Shown here: positions 17,282 through 27,050 of the stretch, one piece after another | How positions within the stretch are numbered: position 1 is the stretch's first letter | How the letters are laid out: each line of letters starts with the position of its first letter | Source: a virus | Lineage: Duplodnaviria; Caudoviricetes | IMG/VR virus record: IMGVR_UViG_3300034106_000909 | Location: 1-58,566 of that record | DNA length: 58,566 bases | Strand: one strand, 5' to 3' | Made by a program: the position numbers and the translations under genes | The notes under the pieces: generated by a model | What the model saw: only the letters and a program-made list of their open reading frames with translations | What the model was told of the DNA's origin: nothing | Databases searched by the model: none

Positions 17282-20200
17282 TTAGTTGGCTGTTACATCT
17301 TCGGCCAGTTTACGCTGACCTTCACGGTACTGTACACCACCAACCGTACGCTTCTCGCGCTGCGCTTGTTCCTGCGGAGCCTTGAGCAGGTTGGACATTG
17401 GTTGAGGCTTGAGGCCGTTACGCTGACGCGCTTGCTGGAGTTTAGTCCATGCCTCACGAGCCTCCTGCATGGCAGCAGTATCCTTCTGGCGAGACGCTTG
17501 GGCGTAGTCGTTCTTGATACGCGTGGTGCGGTCTTGAAAGTTCTGCGTGATATCACGCATGCGGTTCTGGCGCTCGTAGGTCACTGACTGCTGGACCGAT
17601 GGTATACCAAGGCCTGTCAGCACAGTTTCTATTGCTCCAATTTCGCTTTCTGGCAGGACTACGTCACCGTTGCGGCGGGTCATACCCTCAGTTGCCTGAC
17701 GGCCAGACTTAAGCGCATCGGACACACCCTTGGGCATTACACGCTCGAGACCCTTGTAGTAGTCACCCTTGGACATGAGGATGAGACCGTCAGCAACTCG
17801 GGTAGCCATACCCAAAGATGCCCCGCCAAGAGCTGCACCAAAAGCTTCAACTTGACCTGAAGTGGTGCTCAAGTCAGCGTTACTAAATGGCAGAATGGAC
17901 AACATATTGCCCGCACCGATCTTGCCGGACAAGTCCATACCAACAATCGTCGGAGCGCCGCGCATAATCATGTCAGCCCACTCAGGGCCAAGCGCCTTGC
18001 GCATATCAGCAGTCAAGTCGTATGGCTCGTCTTCGTCACCGAACAACCCCAACACAAACGAAATAGCCGCGTAGCCCGGCATGCCCATCAAGCCAGCAAA
18101 CACTCCAGTGTGGCCAAGCGAGTAGGCCAGTGTCTTCATGGCAGCAGCACGCTCATCAGGCTTGGTAAACGCATCACGAATCAGCTTGGCATAGAACGCG
18201 ATCTGGATCAATTGGAACTTGCGGAACTGCAGCGCCACCTTACCCCACTGGGTGTTGAACGCACGAGGAGCGTTAAAGGCTGTGTAGTCACCATGGGTGT
18301 CAGTCAAGATGTCAGCAGCGTACTGCGTGGCTGCAGCTTTAGGGTCTGCAATTTTTGGGTCTTTTTTAGCCCGCTCAAACTCCAAACGGTACGCAGCAAT
18401 GGCGGTAGACAAACGGTTGGTAGCTTCAACTTTCTGCACGGCCATGCGCATACCTTTGTTCAGGCGCTGCGCAAACTTGCTGAGGTTGCCGTCGGCTTCT
18501 ACCTTGTACTCGTTGATCTCAGTGGCCAGACCAATGTCGATCTTGCCTTGGTTGACCAAGTCGTTAATAGCTGCACGCACATCAGCAGGCACCTTGGAGA
18601 AATCAAACTGCTGGTCAAACAGTTTCACGTCCTTGAACAGTGGGCCCAACTCACCATACGCCTTAGCCAGTTCCGCAGCAGCTTTGGTGTAGTCATGACG
18701 ACCCGCCATGGCAGGCAGAGACATCATGAATGGCTGTGTCAAGTTCTGTAAATAGTACGCAGGGCTGGAGGCCAAGAAGAACTTGGACGCCATGTTGGTC
18801 AAGCCGTTGAGGAACGGACTTGGTTTAGGGTCAAGCGAGTCAGCGTAGCGCTGCGTCAACTCATCAAAGATTTCAGACTTGCGTTCGCGTTCGCCAGTGC
18901 GTGACTGGTTGCGCATCTGCTGCAGGGCATCCTGAATCTTAGGCTCAAACTCTACGCTGGCCAAGAAGTTAGCATCGGCACGGCCTTGCTGCGTGAACGA
19001 CTGAAGCATGTCCACTTCACCGGCTACACCACGGCGACGCATCTCAGACTTGCGGGCACTACCCTCAGCCAACGCTTCCAAGTACAACTGGTTAATGATG
19101 TTGAGCAGCTTGCCAGCAGATGGGTCAATCTTGCCATCTTCTCTGGTGTTTTGTGAGGTCACAGCCGAGCGCATCTTTGTCAGCGCGGGCATCAAAGCGT
19201 TTTTGCTAAAGTCATCCATGGCTTCAGCACGTTTAACGATGTTGATGTCCAAGTTCGGATAGGCTTCGGCCAGTGAATCTTTTAAATTTCTACCAGTCCA
19301 CTTGGTGTCAACAAACGACACGCTGTAGTGGTTTGGGTCAGACTCCATCTTTTTGATGGCCTCCGCGTCTTTATTTTCTTTGGCAGCCCTAAAAGCGGCA
19401 GATTCAGCAACCACAGCATAAGTACCAGTGCGCTTAATAGGCGCGTAGGGCACGCCCTCACGGATGCGGAACAGCGTCTGGAAGCGCTTGAGCGTATCGG
19501 CTTTTTCTGCTTTGAGCTCAGCCAAGTTTTCTTTGGCTTTTTTCAAATCTTTTTTGTCGGTGGTGTTGTTGACTAAGTCCTGCGCAGCCTTAATCATGGC
19601 GTCGTACTCAGAGTTGGCTGCGTTCAGCACAATCGTCTTCTTGCTTGACAGCATAGCGTCGCCATGGGCAAACACGTCTTTGGCAAACTGCTGAGCCTTG
19701 GGGCCCAGCTTGTTGAACATGGCCTTCATCGCTGGGTCAGCTTTGAACTTCGCAGTGTCGTAGCCCCACTTCCCCGTGCGGGTGGACTCAAACAAGAACT
19801 CGTTGACTGAGCCGGGGCCGTCCCCTTTGTTGGCATCTTCAATCAAGGCATAGCGGTCGGCAATCTTTTCAATCTTGCGCTCTTCCTCACTGACCTTGGC
19901 GTTGCGGGCAGCAAGGCGGTCGGAGAAAGTCTTGGCAGCGCCCAGACCCAAAGCTTGAGCACGCTTGACCAGATCGTTTGTAAACAGCGCGTAGTCGACA
20001 TACTTGCCGCCCAAGTCACCAATGGCCTCAGTTATACGCTTCACAGGCTGCTGAGACATCTTCGGCAGCTTGGCAATGTTGCGGTCGATCAGGCCTTGAG
20101 AGCGGTTTGCCCTGAAACGAACGGCAGTTTGCCGGAGGGGAACTTGTCTCGGCTGACCATTCCCTTGCGTGGTTTGGCCCCCAGCTTGCGTTGAGCGTTG

Positions 20201-23200
20201 AGCTTCATTTGCCTTTGCAGCGGCGTAGTCGGTTTGCTTGACTTGTTCATATACTTGCTCCATGAAATCTGCCACTTCTGGCAGGTTGTCTTCCAAAAAT
20301 TCACGACCGTCGCGTGTAGTGTATGTGGCCCACAACTGAGCAAACAATTCCTCGCGGATGCCATTGCCGTCCAAGTCACCGTGCTGCGTACGATCAAATG
20401 GATACGACAAGTGCTTTGACAAGTCGGATGTGGGGTTGCTATTGTAGTGATCGAACGCAGCTTTCATAACCGCGCCCATGGGTTTGATCTCGCCGTTTTG
20501 CAACCGCACGTTAAATTCAGGCAAGCTAGAAAATACACCACCGCCTTCAAGATGTGTCTGATCTGCAGCATGACCGACTTCATGGTACACAGTCCACTCG
20601 ACACGCTGAGAGTCTGTTAAAGCACCACGGCGTAACAGCACAGCTGCTTGACCGTCAATGGCAGTAAAGCCGCCATCCCAGTTCACCTTGGAGTCGGTGA
20701 CATACCACCCACCGACGTAATCAACCAAGTCGCCAAGACCTTCTTTGCGCAAGCGGTCAGTAGCAGCGCCAACACCGGGAACAGCTTCAAGACGTGACAG
20801 CTCTTGCTCCTGCAGTTCAACAGTCGCATTGTCTTCGTCCACCGTGGTTACAGTGCGCAGTGCGTTGAACTTTGCGCCACCTCTAGCCAACTTAGTCAGC
20901 TCATTTTCAACGTCATCCTTGGTCCAGTTGTCTGGGCCGAACTCAATGAAGTTCTCCTGCTGGGCCTTGGTCAAGTCAGCGAACTTGGGAGCCTGCGGGA
21001 AGTCAGCAGCGACTACATCCCACGCTTGAGCGGCTTGTTCTGCTTCGGTGAGGATGACGGCTGGGACTTGGGCTTTACCTTCTGCGGCAGGCTTTTTGGC
21101 ACGCCGTACTTTTGTGCCCACTCCTTGGCCAGTTTCGGCTTTTGGCTGAACAGATACCCCTGCTGGGCTTTCGACTTGAACGGCATCTGGCTCTCCTAGT
21201 TCTTTGGGTTGTTCGGCTTTAGCGGCGGTTTCCTCCGCAGCGTCTTTTTCAGACTTGCGGCCAGCAAGGGCTCGAACTTCTGCTTGAGCTTGCTTTTCAA
21301 CTGCCTTGACCTTTTCAATCTGCGCGGCCAGAGTGGCATTCAGTTGCGCCAATACTGCTTCGTCGGTCTCTACGGCCAGCGCCTCAAGCGTGGCGTCAAT
21401 TTCTTTTTGGAGATCGGTAAAGCCTTCAACAGCAGATGTACTAGCGCCTGCAGTCTTGACGATGTTACCCAGACCGGCTTCAATGGCTTGGTCCTCGTCC
21501 ATGCGATCTTGGCTGTCAGTAAATACCTCTTTGGCAATTTGACCTTCTGTGCTTTCTGGCGAAACCGTGTTGAACGCATCTGCAATCTGCGCATCAGTCA
21601 AGTTAAATTTAGTCTTGGCGCTGGCAATCAGCGCTGGCCATTCTTTTTGGCCAGTAGCCCCAGCAATTGCTTGGATAGAAGACCGGCTAAGTCCATACTT
21701 GGTAGCCGCTTCTGGCTCAGGCATGCCCATGCCAACCACGTCAAAAATGATGCCGCCGTTACGTTCACCAAAGATTTGCTGCAGTATTGCTTGGCGTTCG
21801 TCTACGACTGGTCCTGCGGCGGCAGGTGTCGCTTGTCCTTGCGTTTCTGCTTGCTGGGCTTGAGCGGCTTTAGCGGCATTTGCGGCTTCCAATACTGTCA
21901 TGGGTCGCGGAGCGCGACGGAAACGGGTTTGTGGTGCTGTGTCTGTAGCAGGTGCAGTCTGAGTTAAACCGGTAGATGGTTGCCCGGGGGTACTTGGAAG
22001 AACGCTAGTTTGTTGAAGTGCTCCTCCAGCGACTGGGGCACCTCCGACCATTGTTCCTGCGACAGGAGCAGCTGGTCCTGCATTTCCCACGCCTCCTTGA
22101 ACGACAGGGCTCCCGACTCCCAAGCCTCCTGCAGGCTGCTGTACAGTAGAAACTGGTGCGCCACTTGGTGCCTCCTGACGAGCTTTAATAATTGCCGAGT
22201 CCAACAACTCTCGTGCTTTTTCCAAGCGCTTGGGAGTCATCGGCTTATCGCTAGCAAACTTCCAAACGTCTATGAACAAGTCGGAGTCCAGCGGCACTCC
22301 AGTTGCTTGAGCGTCAGCCGTAATTTCTGAGTAAAACTGCAACGACGACGGAGTCGGTGTCACATTAAACGTGTCACGCAGTTCGTACGAACGTGGGTCG
22401 CGTACGGTACTTGCTACTACTTGAGCAGTTGCCGCTGCCTCTGCTGGCTTTTCTTGGGTCAAGTCAAGCGCTGCTTGCGAACGCTGCAGGGCTTCGCCCA
22501 CTGTCAAGGGGCGTTCAATGCCGGTCTCTGGGTCGCTGACAAACTGGCCAGTGGGTTCATCGTACGCCGCTTTGAACTGCGCTACATAGTCTTTACGCTT
22601 GGGGCGTGTGATACCTACGTTCTGGTTAATAAACGACTGTAAGCCAACAGTTTGGTCTTGAGTAACAAACTGGCTTTCAAGTGGGCGTTGCACCAAAGGT
22701 GTTTGATCTTGTTCAGTAGATGTCAGATCGCGCTCACGAGCAGCGTCACGGAAACCTTGGCTACGACGCCAACCGCCAGCAGCACCGCCAAGCAAGCCAC
22801 CAAGCAGACCGCCACCTACAAAGGACTCTGCGTAGTCGTCCATGGCCTCCGGGCTAAACAGTTCAACACGCGGGTCAACGGCTAACCGGCCCACGTTGGA
22901 GATGTATTCTTGGCCGACTTCACCAATAGCTTCGGATAAGCCCGTACGACCAAATGCCGCGCCAGTGCGTGCAGCACCGCCCGTAAACCCGCTAAGGTTG
23001 TCAAGATATCGGTTAGCCACAGATGCAGCGCGTTCAGCCCGAACACCAGTACCGGCCAACTTGCCAACAATACCAGTAGCAGCTTCAACACCGCCATAAG
23101 CCAGACCAAGAGGAACAGCCGTCAAATCGGTGCGGCCAGTCTGCTCACGTTGAGCTTGCGCCACAGCACCTATACCGGTAAGACCGGCGACACCGTACGC

Positions 23201-23557
23201 GGCAGCTGGACCCCCGATAAGCCCAGCTCCAATAATAGGCAGCATACTCGGCAAAGACTGAGCACCCAACTCTAGGGCGTACCGCCCCACATCTCCAACA
23301 CCTGAAATGTTTCTAAATGAACCAACCGCGTCCTGATTAGTATCGTAGTAGCGCTGGGAAGTACGCCGGGCTTCAGCTTCTTGAGCTAAACGATAGTCCC
23401 TTGAAAGACCAAAAGCTTCAGGCAATTCGAGCGCAGCAGCCGCCGCAGTAGAAGCACCCGAACTAAATAGCGCACCAACACCAGCTTCAGGAGTCGCTAC
23501 TCGGTACTGCTGGCTGTAGCGTTCTGCAATTTCTTCGTCTGTCAGGCGGCGGGACAT
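17282..23557 (-). CDS. Large internal virion/ejection protein with a zincin-like metallopeptidase motif
   Basis: 2091 aa; last large gene of the virion module; YHEVGH...EELFAQ. Confidence 0.8.
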   Translation of the reverse strand: MSRRLTDEEIAERYSQQYRVATPEAGVGALFSSGASTAAAAALELPEAFGLSRDYRLAQEAEARRTSQRYYDTNQDAVGSFRNISGVGDVGRYALELGAQSLPSMLPIIGAGLIGGPAAAYGVAGLTGIGAVAQAQREQTGRTDLTAVPLGLAYGGVEAATGIVGKLAGTGVRAERAASVANRYLDNLSGFTGGAARTGAAFGRTGLSEAIGEVGQEYISNVGRLAVDPRVELFSPEAMDDYAESFVGGGLLGGLLGGAAGGWRRSQGFRDAARERDLTSTEQDQTPLVQRPLESQFVTQDQTVGLQSFINQNVGITRPKRKDYVAQFKAAYDEPTGQFVSDPETGIERPLTVGEALQRSQAALDLTQEKPAEAAATAQVVASTVRDPRSYELRDTFNVTPTPSSLQFYSEITADAQATGVPLDSDLFIDVWKFASDKPMTPKRLEKARELLDSAIIKARQEAPSGAPVSTVQQPAGGLGVGSPVVQGGVGNAGPAAPVAGTMVGGAPVAGGALQQTSVLPSTPGQPSTGLTQTAPATDTAPQTRFRRAPRPMTVLEAANAAKAAQAQQAETQGQATPAAAGPVVDERQAILQQIFGERNGGIIFDVVGMGMPEPEAATKYGLSRSSIQAIAGATGQKEWPALIASAKTKFNLTDAQIADAFNTVSPESTEGQIAKEVFTDSQDRMDEDQAIEAGLGNIVKTAGASTSAVEGFTDLQKEIDATLEALAVETDEAVLAQLNATLAAQIEKVKAVEKQAQAEVRALAGRKSEKDAAEETAAKAEQPKELGEPDAVQVESPAGVSVQPKAETGQGVGTKVRRAKKPAAEGKAQVPAVILTEAEQAAQAWDVVAADFPQAPKFADLTKAQQENFIEFGPDNWTKDDVENELTKLARGGAKFNALRTVTTVDEDNATVELQEQELSRLEAVPGVGAATDRLRKEGLGDLVDYVGGWYVTDSKVNWDGGFTAIDGQAAVLLRRGALTDSQRVEWTVYHEVGHAADQTHLEGGGVFSSLPEFNVRLQNGEIKPMGAVMKAAFDHYNSNPTSDLSKHLSYPFDRTQHGDLDGNGIREELFAQLWATYTTRDGREFLEDNLPEVADFMEQVYEQVKQTDYAAAKANEAQRSTQAGGQTTQGNGQPRQVPLRQTAVRFRANRSQGLIDRNIAKLPKMSQQPVKRITEAIGDLGGKYVDYALFTNDLVKRAQALGLGAAKTFSDRLAARNAKVSEEERKIEKIADRYALIEDANKGDGPGSVNEFLFESTRTGKWGYDTAKFKADPAMKAMFNKLGPKAQQFAKDVFAHGDAMLSSKKTIVLNAANSEYDAMIKAAQDLVNNTTDKKDLKKAKENLAELKAEKADTLKRFQTLFRIREGVPYAPIKRTGTYAVVAESAAFRAAKENKDAEAIKKMESDPNHYSVSFVDTKWTGRNLKDSLAEAYPNLDINIVKRAEAMDDFSKNALMPALTKMRSAVTSQNTREDGKIDPSAGKLLNIINQLYLEALAEGSARKSEMRRRGVAGEVDMLQSFTQQGRADANFLASVEFEPKIQDALQQMRNQSRTGERERKSEIFDELTQRYADSLDPKPSPFLNGLTNMASKFFLASSPAYYLQNLTQPFMMSLPAMAGRHDYTKAAAELAKAYGELGPLFKDVKLFDQQFDFSKVPADVRAAINDLVNQGKIDIGLATEINEYKVEADGNLSKFAQRLNKGMRMAVQKVEATNRLSTAIAAYRLEFERAKKDPKIADPKAAATQYAADILTDTHGDYTAFNAPRAFNTQWGKVALQFRKFQLIQIAFYAKLIRDAFTKPDERAAAMKTLAYSLGHTGVFAGLMGMPGYAAISFVLGLFGDEDEPYDLTADMRKALGPEWADMIMRGAPTIVGMDLSGKIGAGNMLSILPFSNADLSTTSGQVEAFGAALGGASLGMATRVADGLILMSKGDYYKGLERVMPKGVSDALKSGRQATEGMTRRNGDVVLPESEIGAIETVLTGLGIPSVQQSVTYERQNRMRDITQNFQDRTTRIKNDYAQASRQKDTAAMQEAREAWTKLQQARQRNGLKPQPMSNLLKAPQEQAQREKRTVGGVQYREGQRKLAEDVTAN

Positions 23558-23600
23558 AGATACCCTTCAATTTGTTGCATGCGACATTGTCGCATGCCTA

Positions 23601-25328
23601 TTAGCGTCCGTAAATGCTAGGAGCGCCCGGGGCAACCCCATAACTAGATGCTGGTCCCAACCCAGTTGTGCGGGCTCCTTGAAAGCCTGATGGGCCTGTT
23701 GGGTTACTGCGCCGTCTTTCTTCTTCAGCAATACGACCTTGCAGAACGTCATAGTCGTCCAACGCCTCTTTGAGTTTTTTCATGTCGCGCTTGTCGCGGA
23801 TGTCAAACTCTTCGTTGTTGAACATAACAGCGTCGCCGTCGTTGCTCCAAATCAACCGACTTGCGTTGTTGTCAGATACTCCAGCGGCTTTGAGTGCCGC
23901 TGGGCGGTCGTCAGGTAATACACCTTTGGCAGAGATAAAACCACCGAGACCGTCAGTCTGCATTAGCTTACCGCCCACCTTGTACTGGACGCCAGCCTCT
24001 TCAACTTTGACAGGTTTTTCAGGTTGCTGCGCTTGATTAAGCGCCGAAAGCGATGGTGGTGCGCGCAAACCTTTTGGAGTCGTGGCTCGAAGTTGATCGT
24101 ATTCGCGTGCGTATATTGCCGCCGCTTGTCGACCTGCTGGCCCTAGACCAACAGCAGTTTGATACCCTTCAAGTACTCCATCAACCTTGCGCTGAAATGC
24201 TTGCTGAGCTTCCGATTCGCCGCCGCGCATACGGTCATTTTGTGTTCTGGCTCGATAATAATCAGCGATGTCTTTGGCCTTCTGCACGTCCAAGTCATAC
24301 TTGGCCAATTCCAAAAACCCACCGGGCTTGGCCTTGGCGTCAACAATCATGCCCAACTCACGTTCGTTCTTGGCATCTGCAAACACTGACCTTGTGCCGT
24401 CGGTGTTAACCTGAATCACGCGGAACGGATTCTTAGGGTCGCGCTCCAGCTTAAACGAAGTGTTTTGCTCGTCAAACCACTCCAGCGCAGGGATTACACC
24501 TTTGGCACGCGACTGACGGAAGCCTTCATCAAACTTCTTGGACTGTAGACTGATCTGGTTCAGCTCTTGTCGGCTGTAGTTATCCCGCAGTTGTGCAGCG
24601 GCCTGCGGGCCTTGGGTTCTTTCCACAAGCGAAAGAATGGCATCAGTGCGTTCTTCCGGCTTTGCAAACGTCTGCTTGTTAATGTCGGCAAACCCTGTGT
24701 CAAAGGCTTCTTGCATGCGTTGTTTGCGCTGCGCATCTGTAAGCTGAATGCCACCTAGTTCTAGGTCTTGCTCAGCTCTTGTAAGCCCGAGTCTGCCAGC
24801 AGCTACTTGAGTTTCCAGTGCTTGTCGACGCAATGGGGCTTCTTCAGCCTCACGTTCTGCACGAGTAGCTTCGGCAAGCGCAGCTTGACGCATACGGGGG
24901 TCGGACAGCCCTTCAGCCATAGCACGGCTGCGCAAAGCCTCAATGCGGTCAGGGGTCAGTTCGCCCTCAAACCGACGGCCCAAGAAGTCAGTCACTCGCT
25001 GCTGGTTAAATGCTGCTGGTTGAAGTTGAGTGCGGTCAATACCAACTACGTCTGTCCCCATGCCAGTACGCGGGATTTGAGCCTCTGTAAAGTCTGGAGT
25101 TACAGTGTAGTTACCGCCTTCACCAGCCTGCACGTTGTAGTACGGACGGCCTGTCTCTGGGTTGATGGCGCTGGCCATGGCTTCCAGCTGCTGGCCTTGC
25201 TCAGCGGTATACCCCTGCGACATTTCCGGCGCAGCAGTGCGGATACCTTCTAAGCGGCGGCGCTCTTGACCCTCTTTAAAGGCTTTACCTAGTGCGATTC
25301 CAGACTGAAATCCTGCGGCTATGCTCAT
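23601..25328 (-). CDS. Internal virion/ejection protein
   Basis: Helical, Ala/Gln/Glu-rich; position in the ejection cluster. Confidence 0.7.
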   Translation of the reverse strand: MSIAAGFQSGIALGKAFKEGQERRRLEGIRTAAPEMSQGYTAEQGQQLEAMASAINPETGRPYYNVQAGEGGNYTVTPDFTEAQIPRTGMGTDVVGIDRTQLQPAAFNQQRVTDFLGRRFEGELTPDRIEALRSRAMAEGLSDPRMRQAALAEATRAEREAEEAPLRRQALETQVAAGRLGLTRAEQDLELGGIQLTDAQRKQRMQEAFDTGFADINKQTFAKPEERTDAILSLVERTQGPQAAAQLRDNYSRQELNQISLQSKKFDEGFRQSRAKGVIPALEWFDEQNTSFKLERDPKNPFRVIQVNTDGTRSVFADAKNERELGMIVDAKAKPGGFLELAKYDLDVQKAKDIADYYRARTQNDRMRGGESEAQQAFQRKVDGVLEGYQTAVGLGPAGRQAAAIYAREYDQLRATTPKGLRAPPSLSALNQAQQPEKPVKVEEAGVQYKVGGKLMQTDGLGGFISAKGVLPDDRPAALKAAGVSDNNASRLIWSNDGDAVMFNNEEFDIRDKRDMKKLKEALDDYDVLQGRIAEEERRRSNPTGPSGFQGARTTGLGPASSYGVAPGAPSIYGR

Positions 25329-25329
25329 A

Positions 25330-26271
25330 TCAGACCTCCACCATTTCCAAGCCGAGACCGGCGTAATTTACTGCCATGAAGCCGTCAGGCATCGTGAAGA
25401 CCATGTCTGGGTGCGTCTCTAGTACATCCTGCGCCATCACGCCGAGGAAGCGGCGACCGGAGCCATTGGTGTATTCAAACTCGTACAGAGGCAGCATGGT
25501 GCGCTCATCACGGCCAACCAGCTCAATGTTCTGCTTTAGTCGGCGATCAGAGAAAATTGTTGCACCAGCGCCGAGTACTGCGCCAAACATCTCACCTTGG
25601 CGGTTCTGACCAGCGTTGTACAAACCAGCTTGACCCGTAGCGATGTTACCCATCGTAGTGCCTGCAGCGCCGTAACCTTGCTGCAACTGATTGCCCGGGG
25701 CCATGGATGTGTTGATGCCTGAAGTACCTGCAGCGTTAGCGCCGCCATAAGCTGCCGTCGAAGCACCTGCAAGGTTGCGGCCAAGGCCTGTGACGTCCAT
25801 GCGACGGGCAAAGCCAAGCTGTTCAGCCTGAGTGCGTGCGCCTGTCATGGCGTTGGCGCGTTGTGCGGCAAGACCCAGATTACCCTGAGCCTGCAGTGCC
25901 ATAGCAGCACCAGAGTTTGGATTCACACCCCGAGCGGCCATGGCCCGCTGGCCCATCTCTTGTTGAACACCAAAGGCACGACCCGCTGCAGCGGCGGCTT
26001 GGCCAGCCATCTGCTCACGGTATCCCTCAGTGCTGAAATTTTGCGCGTCTCGGACAAGCCCCTGCTCTACAGGCCGGAAGGTATCCTTCTGGTAGTTATA
26101 GTAGTCTTGCGCTTGCGTCATTTGTTGCTGTTGAGCAGCCATCTGCTGCGCAGCAATTTGCTGAGCCAACGGCTTGATGTCAGCGTATTGATCGCGGGCA
26201 AACTGAAGCTGTTCTCGCCCGAGAGCTTCCATGCCAGAATAGTCTGGTGCTGGTTGCGATTTACCGCCCAT
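25330..26271 (-). CDS. Pilot/ejection-like protein with a C-terminal peptidase S74 (intramolecular chaperone) domain
   Basis: Gly/Ala/Gln-rich body followed by SDRRLK...GVMAQD...VNY. Confidence 0.8.
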   Translation of the reverse strand: MGGKSQPAPDYSGMEALGREQLQFARDQYADIKPLAQQIAAQQMAAQQQQMTQAQDYYNYQKDTFRPVEQGLVRDAQNFSTEGYREQMAGQAAAAAGRAFGVQQEMGQRAMAARGVNPNSGAAMALQAQGNLGLAAQRANAMTGARTQAEQLGFARRMDVTGLGRNLAGASTAAYGGANAAGTSGINTSMAPGNQLQQGYGAAGTTMGNIATGQAGLYNAGQNRQGEMFGAVLGAGATIFSDRRLKQNIELVGRDERTMLPLYEFEYTNGSGRRFLGVMAQDVLETHPDMVFTMPDGFMAVNYAGLGLEMVEV

Positions 26272-26274
26272 GAT

Positions 26275-26691
26275 TTACTCCTTGCGCAGCCATCGACAGT
26301 TGTCAGGCCGCATTACCAAAACGTGCATGTCGGCACCCGGTGCGCCGTCTTTCATGACGAACTCTTCCTCGAAACCGAGGTGTTTGTCAAATGCCAGTAT
26401 TTTAGGCTCATTTGAGGGAACCATGCCAGTCAATCTTTTCAGGCCGCAATGCCTGAACGCGTAGTCGCACACCGCTTGGAACAACGGGATGATCTGTTTG
26501 GTCTGCTGGGCGATGGCAATATGGCACGTAGCGTTGGCTCCGTTGTAGTTGTTGATGACCACTCCAGCCAAGACATCATCACCACTCACCACCCCAATGG
26601 CGTAGTAACTACCCCAGTCAGCGCCTTGATTAACCCGCTCGGCAACCCATGCACCGATGCGTTCTTTCTGGTCGTAGACAAGATGTGCCAT
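26275..26691 (-). CDS. GNAT-fold protein (virion-assembly acetyltransferase-like)
   Basis: RLTGMVPSNE...FDKHLGFEEE; position before the ejection genes. Confidence 0.75.
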   Translation of the reverse strand: MAHLVYDQKERIGAWVAERVNQGADWGSYYAIGVVSGDDVLAGVVINNYNGANATCHIAIAQQTKQIIPLFQAVCDYAFRHCGLKRLTGMVPSNEPKILAFDKHLGFEEEFVMKDGAPGADMHVLVMRPDNCRWLRKE

Positions 26692-26705
26692 GCGAGGATT
26701 ATGGC

Positions 26706-27050
26706 TTATTGGGGTGGTTTTGGATACTCGTCTTTGACGGCTTTGATCTGCGAGTAGAACGGCTCGATTCTAGGAATCAGGTTATTGTTCATGGCGTGCC
26801 AGAAGTCGTCAAGCTGGTCTCCAATGGGCGGGTATGCTGCTTGGCGTTCTGCAACGTAACTCATAACACTGGTTACAGTTTTGACACACTTTCCGTCTAC
26901 CATTGCCACGTCAACATCTACACGCAAGTATGGCGGGGTAAGGTTAAGCACTTCTATGTACTCAACGTAGGTATCGTCTGGTTTGAAGTCACTGGGGCCA
27001 GCAACTATCTGTCCGTCCACAACTTTTACCCATCGTGTATAGCTCATCAT
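26706..27050 (-). CDS. Tail fibre assembly chaperone-like protein
   Basis: RQAAYPPIGDQLD...IKAVKDEYPKP motif, downstream of the fibre gene. Confidence 0.7.
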   Translation of the reverse strand: MMSYTRWVKVVDGQIVAGPSDFKPDDTYVEYIEVLNLTPPYLRVDVDVAMVDGKCVKTVTSVMSYVAERQAAYPPIGDQLDDFWHAMNNNLIPRIEPFYSQIKAVKDEYPKPPQ

